A stretch of DNA of 64,000 nt from Cyanophyceae cyanobacterium. GTDB lineage: Bacteria > Cyanobacteriota > Cyanobacteriia > Cyanobacteriales > JBHJGN01. The stretch is taken from NCBI GenBank assembly GCA_050331735.1, contig JBHJGN010000001.1:64001-128000 (forward strand), read 5' to 3'. Shown here piece by piece: positions 1-11,291 of this stretch (positions within the stretch are counted from its first letter, which is position 1; every line of letters starts with the position of its first letter). The position numbers and the translations under genes are program-made. The notes beneath the pieces are model-generated. The model saw nothing but the letters and a program-made list of their open reading frames with translations. It had not been told where the DNA came from and did not search any database.

Positions 1-1407
1 GCTGAGCTGCGGAACGTTGGGAGGAACAATTTGACTAGCGTTGGCCCAGTCTTGAAGGCGATCGCACATTCTCGGGGCGACCGTTGAAGCAAGAATATTT
101 TTAGGACGTTGCGGTTCACCAAGAGCAAATAACAAGATTTTGTAGTCTCCAGATTGGGCTAAAGCTCGCACCGCTTCCTGTCCGAGGTTAGACTTCATAT
201 CGAGGTAGCAAGGCAGCCAGCGAGGACCGTACTCGCGGTGATACAGAACCGAAATCCACAGCAGCATCGGATGGGGAGATTTGGTAAACAAAAACTGATT
301 GTAGCGAGTACAGGGCATGCGTTGAAGAATTTCCTGATGCTCTAGCATGACGCAAAGAGTGACAATCCTTTGCCGGGGCATGTGGACTAAGTAGGGAAAC
401 ACAATTTTTTGTTGTGGTTTATCTTTAGGCCAAGCCGTGTAGAAGCAGATTTCGTCGGCAGAGGGGACAAACGTACAGGTCTCGTCCTTGTCTCCCTGTT
501 GTCGGGGTTGGGCAGCCGGAGAGGGTTGTTGAACTGAGCCTCCTTTTTCTAATTTTTCGAGGACAGAAAGAATCTCGGTAACGGACTGGGGGCGAGCGTC
601 CGGCGTTTTCGCCAAACACTGCATAATTAATTCTTCTAGCTCTGAAGGCAGGTTAATCTCTTTAGCAAACGGGTGCGGTTCGTATTCACGATGGGCTTTA
701 TACCAGCCGCCAAAAGAAGAGGTTTCGGGCAGCAGGGGCATTTCGTTGGTGAGCATCTCGTACATCATGACCCCGAAGCTATAGATATCCGAGCGGCTGT
801 CAAGTTCTTGGCCTTCGATTTGCTCGGGTGAACAGTAGGCTAAAGTTCCCATAAAAGAATGGGTTTGAGCGTCATTATCCTGAATTAGTTTGGCAATCCC
901 AAAGTCAAGAATTTTGACTAGCTCTCCTAAAGAGGGATCTTGGATGACAAAAATATTGCTCGGCTTAATATCGCGGTGGACAATTGGGCAGAGCTGCTCC
1001 TCGAAAATAATCCCTTGATGAGCGCTTTGCAAGCCTAAGCCAATTTGGCGAGCTAGCTTGAAGAATCGCGGGAGCGCGAGGGGGCGCAGTTCAAGAACGT
1101 CGTCAAGACTTTCTCCGGTTAATAGTTCCATCACATAGAACGGAACCTTGTGTTCATCTACTCCGTAGTCTTTCACGCGCACAACATGAATACTCTTCTC
1201 TCCCAACAGAGCGCTGATCGTGGCTTCCTGTTCAAAGCGTTCCCGCATCCTCTGATTCAGGAGCGTCTGCGAGAGGAACTTGACGGCTACAGTAACGTTA
1301 CCCAGCAAAGTATCTTGGGCGCGATACACCTGTCCCATTGCACCAGTGCCAATTAGATCGACAAGACGGTAGCGGTTGGCAAGCAGGCGGGGAGAATGAG
1401 ATGACAT
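1..1407 (-). CDS. Hanks-type Ser/Thr protein kinase, SpkA-like (C-terminus runs off the left edge)
   Basis: Absent from the ORF track. Manual translation from ATG at 1407 gives MSSHSPRLLANRYRLVDLIGTGAMGQVYRAQD...VAVKFL...HRDIKPSNIF...DFGIAK, i.e. the Gly loop, VAVK, HRD and DFG motifs. Confidence 0.9.
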   Translation of the reverse strand, partial: MSSHSPRLLANRYRLVDLIGTGAMGQVYRAQDTLLGNVTVAVKFLSQTLLNQRMRERFEQEATISALLGEKSIHVVRVKDYGVDEHKVPFYVMELLTGESLDDVLELRPLALPRFFKLARQIGLGLQSAHQGIIFEEQLCPIVHRDIKPSNIFVIQDPSLGELVKILDFGIAKLIQDNDAQTHSFMGTLAYCSPEQIEGQELDSRSDIYSFGVMMYEMLTNEMPLLPETSSFGGWYKAHREYEPHPFAKEINLPSELEELIMQCLAKTPDARPQSVTEILSVLEKLEKGGSVQQPSPAAQPRQQGDKDETCTFVPSADEICFYTAWPKDKPQQKIVFPYLVHMPRQRIVTLCVMLEHQEILQRMPCTRYNQFLFTKSPHPMLLWISVLYHREYGPRWLPCYLDMKSNLGQEAVRALAQSGDYKILLFALGEPQRPKNILASTVAPRMCDRLQDWANASQIVPPNVPQLS

Positions 1408-1844
1408 AGACGCAAAGACCGAATGCAACTAATCAGCAAAAATATGGCTCCGTGATTTAGGTTGCCCGAAAAAAGCCAATCGCATTCAGTTTGAGCGTGA
1501 AAAAACGAACCGAAATGAATCGAAAAGGATCATCGATGGCAGCAGCCAGAAAGATAGAGACGGTAATACCATTTACCGAAAGTAGTCAGATAGTTCCCAA
1601 ACCAACCAACAATTGGAGGTTCAAGGGCAAAGAGCTGCTGTGCTTCCCTTTTCCCTTTCCCCCAACTCATCAAGTCTCCTATTACTTTTTCTAATTGGTA
1701 TAAGACGCACTGAAAGCGATTCTAGTCAGGCATTCTACTGATCGACAAAGGCGGTTCCCACTAACCACGAACTCTCGCTCAAGTAACGTTATGGCTATTT
1801 AAACGGATGTGATATTGCTTCTGACCCTTGCTAGTTTCATCAAA

Positions 1845-3026
1845 CTAAACGATCGGCCAATGAATATCTCCAAGAAGCATTGGTTGTCTTGCGCCGGTGA
1901 CGAGCGGCAAATTGCCCGGAATGGATTGATGACGCCAGTAGGCAAGCACAGCAAAAGCGATCGCTTCTTTGTAATCTTCGTTTAGTCCGGCGGCATCGGT
2001 AGTCATCACGGCGGCTTCCGACAAACGACTCTGGAGACGCTGTTTCAGATAGAGATTGCGACTGCCTCCACCGCACAGGAGAATTTCATCGGGCAGTTGC
2101 GGAAGAAAGGTGCGATAGCTCTGGACAACAGAAGCCACCGTTAGCTCTGTTAAGGTAGCAAGCCAATCTGAAGAGCTTAACTGGTAAGCGGCAGCATCCT
2201 GCCAACACTGCTGAAGATAGGCTTCCCCAAATAGCTCTCGACCGGTAGATTTCGGCGGCGGCTGGCGGAAATAGTCCTGGTCTAGCCACCGCTCCACTAA
2301 CTCCTGACAAGGCTCGCCCTGGGCCGCCCAATTCCCATCGCGGTCATAGGTTTCCCTTCCTTGGGTAAGCTCCTGCACCGCTAGGTCAATCAACGCATTC
2401 CCAGGCCCCGTATCCCATCCGGCAATCTGCTGCTCCCAGTTTTCCGGCTCGCGAGCCGGCAGATAGGTAACGTTGCCAATGCCGCCAAGATTTTGAATAC
2501 ATCTCCGTCTCTTTGGATGACTGAGGACACAAGCATCCACTTTAGAAACTAGCGGTGCCCCCTGACCGCCTGCTGCAATATCTGCTGCCCGAAAATTACT
2601 CACTGTGGGAATGCCTGTTAAGTGAGCAATCACCTCGCCTCGTCCAAGCTGAAGGCTGTAGCCCAACGAGGAAGTAGACTGAAGCCCTTTCCCCTCCTTG
2701 CCCTGTGCCAGGGTTGCCCTTGGCGCTCGATGAAAGACCGTTTGGCCATGAGAACCAATCAGGGTAGCGCCAACGCCTGCGCTAATCTCTTGAGCGGTTC
2801 GAGCGAAGCTGTCGGCGATCGCCTCATCTAGCTGGGCAAGCTGCGCCATTGCCAGAGAAGCCCCACCGCATACCGCCAAAATTTGCTCTCTGAGGTCTGC
2901 CGGATAGGGAAAAGTATCTCCCGCCAGCAGCTCGACTGCTAAATCTGTCTCGGCTCCGGTCACTTTGACGAGAGCAGCATCAATGCCATCAACCGAAGTC
3001 CCACTGATTAAACCAACAATTTTCAT
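1845..3026 (-). CDS. anmK: Anhydro-N-acetylmuramic acid kinase
   Basis: [38 protein letters not shown] and PPKSTGRE motifs. Confidence 0.95.
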   Translation of the reverse strand: MKIVGLISGTSVDGIDAALVKVTGAETDLAVELLAGDTFPYPADLREQILAVCGGASLAMAQLAQLDEAIADSFARTAQEISAGVGATLIGSHGQTVFHRAPRATLAQGKEGKGLQSTSSLGYSLQLGRGEVIAHLTGIPTVSNFRAADIAAGGQGAPLVSKVDACVLSHPKRRRCIQNLGGIGNVTYLPAREPENWEQQIAGWDTGPGNALIDLAVQELTQGRETYDRDGNWAAQGEPCQELVERWLDQDYFRQPPPKSTGRELFGEAYLQQCWQDAAAYQLSSSDWLATLTELTVASVVQSYRTFLPQLPDEILLCGGGSRNLYLKQRLQSRLSEAAVMTTDAAGLNEDYKEAIAFAVLAYWRHQSIPGNLPLVTGARQPMLLGDIHWPIV

Positions 3027-3057
3027 GTCCCCCCGACGGTTAACTAACCCGATCCAC

Positions 3058-5520
3058 TTAGTCTATCGCTAACGGGTCAACATCAATCGTCAGGCTGACT
3101 GAGCGGGGGCAGAGGGAACGTAGCGACCCTAGAGGCTGAACCGTGGCGGAAGACGCAAACTTGAGCAAGAGCTGCCAGCGGTAGCGACGCGCTACGCGCC
3201 GGATGTTGGCTGGGGCTGGACCCAAAATTTCATCTTCTGCCCCAACCAAGCTCATACAGGCATCTGCTAGCGCCTCAGCGGTTTGCTGTACCTCTGCTTC
3301 ATCCAGTCCACTTAAGCGAATTAACACTAAACGACCGTAGGGAGGATAGTTTAATTCGGCTCTGGCCTTCAATTCAGGGTCCGTAAACGCGATATAGTCA
3401 TGGTGCTTTACAGCCTGAATCGCCGGATGTTCGGGGGAATAGGTTTGAATAATCACCTGTCCGGGGATATCTCCCCGCCCAGCCCGACCCGCCACTTGGG
3501 TGAGGGTTTGAAACGCTCGTTCTGAGGCGCGGTAATCCGACCGGTGCAGCAAACCATCCGCCGCCACCACTCCCACCAACGTTACTTGGGCTAGATCTAT
3601 GCCCTTCGTCAGCATTTGCGTACCGACTAAGACGTTGGCTTCTCCGCGAGCAAAGCGGTTGAGCAGGTGGCGATGGGCTCCTTTGGTGCGTGTCGTATCG
3701 CTGTCGAACCGCAAGGGACGGAGATGGGGAAACTGCTGCTGTAGCTCCAGCATCACTCGTTGCGTCCCGCTGCCGAAAAATTTGAGATAGGGAGAACGAC
3801 ACTGGGGGCACTGAGGCGGCTGTAAACAGCTATAGTTACAGTAGTGGCAGCGTAACCGTTCCGTGGCTCCTTCGTGAGTGTAGTGGTACGACAGCGAAAC
3901 ATCGCAGTAAGGACACTCAATGACAGTGCCGCAACTGCGACAAGACACAAAGGTACTGTGTCCGCGACGGGAGACAAATAAAATTCCCTGCTCTTGAAGC
4001 TGAGCGAGAGCCTGCCTCAGCGAACGACTAAAAATAGAGCGGTTGCCGCTGTGCAACTCCTGCCGCATGTCAACAATTTCGACCGCAGGGAGGGGGCGAG
4101 AGCCAATTCTTGCTGGCAAAGAGAGGTAGATTCCCGATAACGGGTTGCTGGCCGCTGAGTCTTTCACCCCGACCCAAGTTTCCAAGGAGGGAGTCGCGGA
4201 GCCAAGAATGAGCGGACAGCGGTCCAGTTCGGCTCGCCATTGAGCTACAGTGCGGGCGTGATAGGTGGGAGCCGGTTGGTTTTGCTTGAAGCTCGCGTCG
4301 TGTTCTTCATCTAAGACGATCAGTCCTAGGTGGGGCAGGGGAGCAAAAACAGCAGAACGAGTGCCAATCACGACCTGCGGCTCGCCCGTGAGCATCTGTC
4401 GCCAAGTATCAAAGCGTTCGCCGTCGGATAGAGCGCTATGGTAAACGCACACTTGACGACCAAACCGAGCGCGGAAGCGATCCGTGAGCTGTGGAGTTAG
4501 GCCAATTTCGGGAACGAGAACCAGCGCTGACTGTCGCCGCTTCAAAATCGGGGCGATCGCCTGGAGATACACTTCCGTTTTTCCGGAGCCAGTCACTCCA
4601 TGCAGCAGCACTTGGGCACTGCCTTCTAGAGCCTGAATAATCTGGACAGCCTCGGTTTGGGCGGCGGTTAATTCCTTGGCTTGGTCGGCGGTGGTGGCAG
4701 CCTGCTCCAGGCGAAGCCGTTCTCGCCACTCCACGACAACACATCCTTTGCGCTGGAGAGCCTCGACGGTCGCAGAACTCGTCCGGCAAATTTGAAGCAG
4801 ATGCGTCAGCCACAGTTCTCCACCCCGCTGCCGCAGCGCTTCAACCACTTCCCGCTGTCGCTCGGTGAGGTCCACAGGTTCATCGACAATCAGAGTCACC
4901 GCTTTTTGCCGCTTCGGACTGACCGTTTTCGGCGGTTCGAGGTAGCTTTCTACCCAGCCTCGTTTTAACAGTTCTCTGACTCCCCGATGGGCTCCGCGCA
5001 CTTGGCGCTGTAGATACTGAGCGCTGTAGTTCCCGTGCTTTTGGGACTGAAGCAGCTTGAGCACCTGGCGAGCCACCGGGCTACAGAGAGCTTCGGCTCC
5101 GGGAGGCAGGGATTTGAGGCGAATCCGTCGCTGTGATCGCCCCAGCAGACCGGGGGGTAAAGCGACGCGAATGACCGTTATCAAGTCGGTACAGGTGTAC
5201 CGGGCAACGCGCTCGAGCAACTGCCAGTATGAGCGAGGGAAAAAGGCAGCACTCACCACCTCCTCAATCTCTCGAATCCTTTCTAGCGGCAGATTGGGGG
5301 GAGATTGCACAAGACGAATCACAATGCCCCCCATAAGCTGCGCTCCAACGGGTACGCTGACAATATCTCCTGGCTGGGCCGAGACGCCCGTCGGTAAGCA
5401 ATACGTCAACAGCTCTTGAACTCCCGGACAGTCTACTAACACTTCCACCCACTGCGGAGACTGATATGGAGCTGATGACCCAGGCTCAGCTAAAACCAAG
5501 CCAGAGTGACGATTAACCAT
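3058..5520 (-). CDS. priA: Primosomal protein N'
   Basis: GVTGSGKT Walker A, DEEH, four CxxC pairs, QVAGRAGR. Confidence 0.96.
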   Translation of the reverse strand: MVNRHSGLVLAEPGSSAPYQSPQWVEVLVDCPGVQELLTYCLPTGVSAQPGDIVSVPVGAQLMGGIVIRLVQSPPNLPLERIREIEEVVSAAFFPRSYWQLLERVARYTCTDLITVIRVALPPGLLGRSQRRIRLKSLPPGAEALCSPVARQVLKLLQSQKHGNYSAQYLQRQVRGAHRGVRELLKRGWVESYLEPPKTVSPKRQKAVTLIVDEPVDLTERQREVVEALRQRGGELWLTHLLQICRTSSATVEALQRKGCVVVEWRERLRLEQAATTADQAKELTAAQTEAVQIIQALEGSAQVLLHGVTGSGKTEVYLQAIAPILKRRQSALVLVPEIGLTPQLTDRFRARFGRQVCVYHSALSDGERFDTWRQMLTGEPQVVIGTRSAVFAPLPHLGLIVLDEEHDASFKQNQPAPTYHARTVAQWRAELDRCPLILGSATPSLETWVGVKDSAASNPLSGIYLSLPARIGSRPLPAVEIVDMRQELHSGNRSIFSRSLRQALAQLQEQGILFVSRRGHSTFVSCRSCGTVIECPYCDVSLSYHYTHEGATERLRCHYCNYSCLQPPQCPQCRSPYLKFFGSGTQRVMLELQQQFPHLRPLRFDSDTTRTKGAHRHLLNRFARGEANVLVGTQMLTKGIDLAQVTLVGVVAADGLLHRSDYRASERAFQTLTQVAGRAGRGDIPGQVIIQTYSPEHPAIQAVKHHDYIAFTDPELKARAELNYPPYGRLVLIRLSGLDEAEVQQTAEALADACMSLVGAEDEILGPAPANIRRVARRYRWQLLLKFASSATVQPLGSLRSLCPRSVSLTIDVDPLAID

Positions 5521-6203
5521 GAATAAGCTAAAGATAACGTTTCTCTAGAAATTTGTCTCGCAACCAGACTTGAAACCACCAAGGCTTTCAAAGCTTACCA
5601 TTTAGTTCGTTTCACTATCAAACTAACTCTTCTGAAAACTTTAAGCAATGTGTTATTACTTACTTAGCTAAAGCTGATAGTTGATGAGCAAGATGCGATT
5701 AGTATACAGAATTCTCACTAACGGTAGAGAGAGAAAAACATTCCTATATGAGATGCTACCTTTATAGCAACAGCAGTTTATAAAACGTAGCAATTCAAGA
5801 GATTAGCCCTGCTTTAGAGTTTAATCCCACAGCTTGTCGACTGGTGGATACGGCCCTCCAACTTCCGAGAAAGGTAGCCGTGTTTTCTGTCCTCAAATCT
5901 TCCACGAAGAGTTGTCGATTGTTACCGTAGCATTGTCAACCCTAAGTTTTGTAGTTAGAGAAACAAATGAACCCGATAAATTTGGTAGTCTTGTTCGCGA
6001 GACTCATCCTAGGCTAGCTAGCGGGCAGAGCCACGCCTTCAGGCCACACTTTCCTCAGCGGGCTTGGCTATGGTGGCGTTATGGCAGCGAAAACCCGACC
6101 GATTGACCAGCAGACACAGTATTTATTTTAGTTATCGCAGTTATGTAGAAGCTGAGTAGAAATATCCGAAGTCAATTTATTTAATAGTAAAAATAGAACG
6201 CAT

Positions 6204-7316
6204 ATGAACATTGCCGAACTGACCCAAGAGGAAACAATTCACTCCACAACAGATGAAAAAGAATTCACTCAGGCAGATGCTGGTGCTGATGATTCTGAGC
6301 TTGTTGAAGTTGAATTTTCTGACTTGGCTGACGATCTAGATAGTCCCCGATATAGTAAAACGAGATCTGAAGATACCGTTGGGGCTTTCTTTAAGGAAAT
6401 GGCGCGGTATCCTCTTCTCAAACCAGAAGAGGAAGTAGAGCTGGCTCATCGCGTTAAGTTTTTAGTTGAAACCGAAGAAAAACGGCAGCAGCTAAAAGAA
6501 GAGCTGAAGCGTCCTCCCACGAAAGCGGAATTGGCCGAATCTTTAGGCTTAAAGAGTGAGCGTCAGCTAGAGAATCAACTTTATCGTGGCCGGGTAGCGA
6601 AGCGGAAAATGATTCGCTCTAACCTCAGATTAGTCGTTTCCATTGCCAAGCGCTACCTCAATCGCGGAGTTCCGTTTCTCGATCTGATTCAAGAAGGAGC
6701 CATTGGATTGAACCGCGCCGCTGAAAAATTTGACCCCAACAAGGGGTATAAGTTTTCTACCTACGCTTACTGGTGGATTCGGCAAGCGATCACACGCACG
6801 ATCGCTAACGATGCTAGAACCATTCGTCTCCCGATTCACATTGTTGAAAAGCTGAACAAGCTCAAAAAGGCGCAGCGCAATCTGAAGCAGAAACTTCAGC
6901 GCAATCCGTCTGAAGAAGAGCTCGCCGAAGAGATGGAAGTGTCTCGTTCTCAACTGCGCCAGCTCCTCCAGCTACGCCGACAGTCGCTGTCCCTCAATCA
7001 CCGCGTCGGGAAAGGAGAAGATACGGAATTAGTGGACCTGCTGGAGGACAACGAGCTTCAGTCTCCCGAAGAAAGCATGAACGAAGCAATGCTGCGTCAG
7101 GAAATTTTAGACGTGCTGTGCGACGTGCTCACAGAGCGAGAAAAAGATGTTATCTCTCTCCGCTATGGCTTGTCGTCTAGTCAACCCCATACCCTAGAAG
7201 AAGTTGGAGGCATTTTTAACTTATCCCGCGAGCGAGTGCGGCAAATCCAGAGTAAGGCCATGCGCAAGCTGCGGCGTCCACAAGTGGCTCGTCGGCTCAA
7301 AGGGTGGTTAACGTAA
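6204..7316 (+). CDS. sigE: Group 2 RNA polymerase sigma factor (RpoD family, SigE-like)
   Basis: NLRLVVSIAKRY, DLIQEG, YKFSTYAYWWIRQ and a C-terminal HTH (SRERVRQ). It lies divergent from priA. The SigE subtype is a recollection-based inference. Confidence 0.8.
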   Translation: MNIAELTQEETIHSTTDEKEFTQADAGADDSELVEVEFSDLADDLDSPRYSKTRSEDTVGAFFKEMARYPLLKPEEEVELAHRVKFLVETEEKRQQLKEELKRPPTKAELAESLGLKSERQLENQLYRGRVAKRKMIRSNLRLVVSIAKRYLNRGVPFLDLIQEGAIGLNRAAEKFDPNKGYKFSTYAYWWIRQAITRTIANDARTIRLPIHIVEKLNKLKKAQRNLKQKLQRNPSEEELAEEMEVSRSQLRQLLQLRRQSLSLNHRVGKGEDTELVDLLEDNELQSPEESMNEAMLRQEILDVLCDVLTEREKDVISLRYGLSSSQPHTLEEVGGIFNLSRERVRQIQSKAMRKLRRPQVARRLKGWLT

Positions 7317-7371
7317 GTGTCCTCGGTCATTGGTCCTTTGTCCTTCGTTGTCCCAGTGACCCTCTAGTGTT

Positions 7372-7839
7372 ATGACTGCTCATGCTCAATTAACCATTCG
7401 TGCTGCTCAGCCGTCCGACGTGACGGCTATTTTTCAGCTCATTGAAGCCCTTGCTCAGTATGAAAAGCTCTCCCAGGCAGTGACAGGTAATGTAGAGGCT
7501 TTAGAAAAACATTTGTTTGGTCCGCGCCCCTACGCTGAAGCAATCGTCGCTCAGTGGGAAGAGCAAGTGGTCGGATTTGCCCTATTTTTTACCAACTACT
7601 CCACCTTCTTAACCCGGCCAGGAATTTATCTAGAGGACATTTTTGTGCTGCCAGAGTATCGTCGTCGCGGAATTGGTCGAGCCATCCTGGACCGGGTTGC
7701 TCAAATCGCTAGGGAGAGAGGCTGTAGTCGGCTGGAGTGGAGCGTTCTCGACTGGAATGAACCCGCGATCGCCTTTTACAAAGAGCTAGGGGCAACCGTG
7801 TTAGAAGAGTGGCGCATCTGCCGCATCTCCTCCCCCTAG
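7372..7839 (+). CDS. GNAT family N-acetyltransferase (SSAT-like)
   Basis: YLEDIFVLPEYRRRGIG acetyl-CoA motif; WNEPAIAFYKELG. Confidence 0.9.
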   Translation: MTAHAQLTIRAAQPSDVTAIFQLIEALAQYEKLSQAVTGNVEALEKHLFGPRPYAEAIVAQWEEQVVGFALFFTNYSTFLTRPGIYLEDIFVLPEYRRRGIGRAILDRVAQIARERGCSRLEWSVLDWNEPAIAFYKELGATVLEEWRICRISSP

Positions 7840-8013
7840 ATCAAGACGGAGCAACGCTCGCTCCGATTTTTCTGATTAAACGCTACACAAGTTAAACCTC
7901 GGCCAAGGGTTAAAGGAAAAGACAAATCAACTGTCCTTTTCCCTTTCCCCCTTCCCCTTGACCCCATTCAACCATTGGTAGCTCTCTCAAGCTGATGCCA
8001 AGACAAATGCCAG

Positions 8014-8793
8014 CTACTTGAAGCGAGTGAGCTGAACGCGGTAGCGCTGCTTTTTGGTGATGGCGACTTCTCCTACCTCGACTCGTCCTTTCCCGCGTAC
8101 CGAGATCAGGTCTCCTGGGCGAACGGTGTGGCTTGGCTGAGTCACTTCTTTCCAGTTGACCCGTACATCTCCTGTGCTAATGGCATCCGCCATCTTACTG
8201 CGGGACATGCCTAAGCCAGCCGAGGCGATCGCATCGAGGCGCAGCGACGCTTCCACCGTGGTCATCGCTTTTTGCTGAGGCGGACGAATCTTCAACTCGC
8301 TCAGTTCGATGCGCCGGGTTTTCACAGGGACAGAGCGGACCTGCACCAGCGCCGTTTCTAAAAACTCTACTAGTTCTGGCACCACAATCACCTGAGCCCC
8401 TCGTTCGCCGAGCACGTTAATATCGCCGATTTTCTCGCGAACGACTCCCGTTCCCAAAATCGCGCCCAAGAAATCTCGATGAGTAGCAGAATCGAACAGA
8501 AAATTTCCGGCAATATCAAGAGCCGCTAATTCGATCGAAGACTGCTCTAGAGGCACTTCAGAACGAGAAATACCGATGCGTTGACGTTCGGCTTGCGGAT
8601 AGCCCCCCCAGGCCAGAATCTCTACTTCCGTCAGCCGACTGAAGGCTTGCTGAACATCGACAATGACCGCCGGAGAAACAAAATCGGTGGCAACCACTTC
8701 CCACGTTCTGAGCGCTTGCTCGGCTTTGTCTACAACCCGAACTACCGCTTCTCGCTCGGCAACTCCTTTGAGTAATTCTTCTCTTGGCAGCAT
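8014..8793 (-). CDS. S4-domain RNA-binding protein (YlmH/Sll1252 family)
   Basis: HRDFLGAILGTG motif and a C-terminal S4 domain (SLRLDAIAS...GDLISVRGKGR). Confidence 0.9.
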   Translation of the reverse strand: MLPREELLKGVAEREAVVRVVDKAEQALRTWEVVATDFVSPAVIVDVQQAFSRLTEVEILAWGGYPQAERQRIGISRSEVPLEQSSIELAALDIAGNFLFDSATHRDFLGAILGTGVVREKIGDINVLGERGAQVIVVPELVEFLETALVQVRSVPVKTRRIELSELKIRPPQQKAMTTVEASLRLDAIASAGLGMSRSKMADAISTGDVRVNWKEVTQPSHTVRPGDLISVRGKGRVEVGEVAITKKQRYRVQLTRFK

Positions 8794-8805
8794 AATGTTT
8801 AAAAA

Positions 8806-9324
8806 TTAAGCACTGAGCGTCTCAGTCTCGGTGAAAGTTTGCAGGTCTTCGGGGTCAAACTGCTGAAGAACCTCAGTAGCTCGGTTCTTCACGTTCGCTG
8901 TTCCTTTCACCGCGACTAAATACTTGCCAGCTTGAAGGCGATCGCGGTAGGGAGGCTCTTCTTCCCGTCCAAAATTCAACACCCCACCGCCAACAAAAAA
9001 GCTCCCCATGGCCGCCGCTACGGCCCCAAACAGCCCTCCCAGGACGTGATTGCCTAAAGCTCCTAGGGGTTCTACAATCGCGATGCCGGTTTGCAAATTA
9101 AAGACGTAGCCCGCCACAAAGCCAAAGGGAATGAGCCACAAAGCCATTCCGCGCGATCGCCGACTAGCCAGCGCCTTTGGGTCCAGCACACTAAACGCCT
9201 CGCTTGTCTGATATCCCTGACCGATAATCGTTATTTGCTCGGAAGACAATCCGGCTTTTTCCAACCCGGTTAAGGCGGCTTCAGCCTTAGTTTTATCTGG
9301 CAAGACCGCCACTAAGTAGTTCAT
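8806..9324 (-). CDS. Hypothetical membrane protein
   Basis: 172 aa with two Gly/Ala-rich hydrophobic segments; co-oriented with the S4 gene. Confidence 0.75.
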   Translation of the reverse strand: MNYLVAVLPDKTKAEAALTGLEKAGLSSEQITIIGQGYQTSEAFSVLDPKALASRRSRGMALWLIPFGFVAGYVFNLQTGIAIVEPLGALGNHVLGGLFGAVAAAMGSFFVGGGVLNFGREEEPPYRDRLQAGKYLVAVKGTANVKNRATEVLQQFDPEDLQTFTETETLSA

Positions 9325-9636
9325 GACTAGAATTCAACGACGATTTCTTCTAGCGTAGCAGTCGCCGTCTGGCGTTAACAGTCTTTGACCACTTGCTTAA
9401 GCATTGACGAAAATAAGCCTATTTTGTTAGCAAATACCTAGCCAAATGCTCATAGCTAATAAAAGGTAGCTGCTCCCGACAAATTAACGATTGAGGAGAG
9501 CTCCCTTTCCCGTTACAATAGGCTACTGCGGCTGCTTGTTGCAGATTCAATCTGAGACGCAAGCTTAAATAACGCTTTAACTAGCCTTACGGAGCTAGTT
9601 ATCTAATACTGGTTCGCTCTCACCCCTCTATTGACT

Positions 9637-11217
9637 ATGGCTAAGGTTCTTGTCTCTGATTCCATCGATCAAGCTGGCATTGATATTCTCTCCCAAGTTG
9701 CCCAGGTTGATGTCAAAACAGGTCTTCCTCCTGAAGAACTCGCTAAAATTATTCCCGAATACGATGCCTTAATGCTCCGCTCTGGAACCAAAGTCACCCA
9801 AGAGGTGATTGAGGCTGGCACTCGATTGAAGATCATTGGACGGGCTGGAGTAGGCGTTGACAATATTGATGTCCCGAGCGCCACTCGCTATGGCATTGTG
9901 GTGGTTAACTCTCCTGAAGGCAATACGATTGCCGCCGCCGAACACGCTCTGGCCATGATGCTTTCTCTTTCTCGCTACATTCCAGAAGCAAATCAGTCGG
10001 TCAAAGCCGGCAAGTGGGAACGCAAAAAATTTATTGGCTCTGAAGTTTATAAAAAGACGCTCGGAGTGGTCGGTTTAGGAAAAATTGGCGCTCATGTGGC
10101 GACTGTCGGGCGCTCCATGGGCATGAAACTGCTGGCTTACGACCCGTTTATTTCCAAAGAGCGAGCCGACCAGCTCGGCTGTAGCCTTGTCGATCTAGAT
10201 CTCCTCTTTACGGAATCAGACTATATCACCCTCCACGTTCCCAAAACCCCAGAAACCACTCATCTGATTAACGCTCAAACTCTGGCCAAAATGAAGCCCG
10301 CGGCTCGACTGATTAACTGCTCTCGCGGCGGGATTATTGATGAGGACGCTCTTGTTGAGGCGATCGCCGCTAAGAAAATTGCCGGTGCAGCCCTCGATGT
10401 CTATGAAACAGAGCCATTGGGGGAATCACGGCTCAAAGACATGGGGAGCAACGTTGTCCTCACTCCCCACCTCGGAGCCTCGACAGCAGAAGCCCAGGTT
10501 AATGTTGCTATTGATGTGGCCGAACAAATTAGAGACGTAATTTTGGGGCTGCCTGCCCGGTCTGCGGTGAACATTCCCGGGCTGAATCCGGACGTAATGG
10601 AGAAACTGAGACCTTACCTGAAAATGGCAGAAACGCTCGGAAAGCTGGTGGGTCAATTAGCCGGGGGCAGAATCGAGCAGCTCAACGTTCGTCTTCAGGG
10701 AGATTTAGCCAGCAACGCCAGCCAACCGCTCGTTGTAGCAGCCATCAAAGGTTTGTTAACTCCGGCCCTGCGGGAGCGGGTAAACTACGTTAACGCCAGT
10801 ATTGAAGCCAAAGAGCGAGGCATTCGGGTTGTAGAAACGAGAGATGCGTCGATGCGAGATTACTCCGGCTCGCTGCATCTAGAGGCCAAAGGCTCCCTCG
10901 GACAGCATTCAGTGATGGGTACGCTCCTCAGTGACGGAGAAATTCGGATTACAAATCTGGACGAATTTCCGATCAATGTGCCTCCGAGCGGTCACATGCT
11001 GTTTACCCTACACCGGGATATGCCGGGAATCATTGGTAAAATCGGGTCTTTGCTGGGCAGCTTTAACGTCAACATTGCCAGTATGCAGGTAGGACGCAAA
11101 ATCGTGCGCGGCGACGCGGTGATGGTGCTCAGCCTTGACGATCCGCTCCCAGACGGGCTGCTCTCAGAAATCACTAAAGTCGCCGGAATCAGAGATGCCT
11201 ACACCGTACAGCTTTAA
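9637..11217 (+). CDS. serA: D-3-phosphoglycerate dehydrogenase
   Basis: GRAGVGVDN, GLGKIG, TPHLGAST and a C-terminal ACT domain. ATG at 9637 preferred over TTG at 9631. Confidence 0.96.
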   Translation: MAKVLVSDSIDQAGIDILSQVAQVDVKTGLPPEELAKIIPEYDALMLRSGTKVTQEVIEAGTRLKIIGRAGVGVDNIDVPSATRYGIVVVNSPEGNTIAAAEHALAMMLSLSRYIPEANQSVKAGKWERKKFIGSEVYKKTLGVVGLGKIGAHVATVGRSMGMKLLAYDPFISKERADQLGCSLVDLDLLFTESDYITLHVPKTPETTHLINAQTLAKMKPAARLINCSRGGIIDEDALVEAIAAKKIAGAALDVYETEPLGESRLKDMGSNVVLTPHLGASTAEAQVNVAIDVAEQIRDVILGLPARSAVNIPGLNPDVMEKLRPYLKMAETLGKLVGQLAGGRIEQLNVRLQGDLASNASQPLVVAAIKGLLTPALRERVNYVNASIEAKERGIRVVETRDASMRDYSGSLHLEAKGSLGQHSVMGTLLSDGEIRITNLDEFPINVPPSGHMLFTLHRDMPGIIGKIGSLLGSFNVNIASMQVGRKIVRGDAVMVLSLDDPLPDGLLSEITKVAGIRDAYTVQL

Positions 11218-11291
11218 GAATATTAAGAATAATGGACAGAGCGAACAATTAGTAGACAGGCTCATTGATAATTGCTCATCGGTCACTAAAT

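Noticed and set aside
5650..5663. NtcA site upstream of the sigma factor
   Set aside because: Only GTG-N8-TAC (non-consensus) and no well-spaced -10 element; insufficient support.
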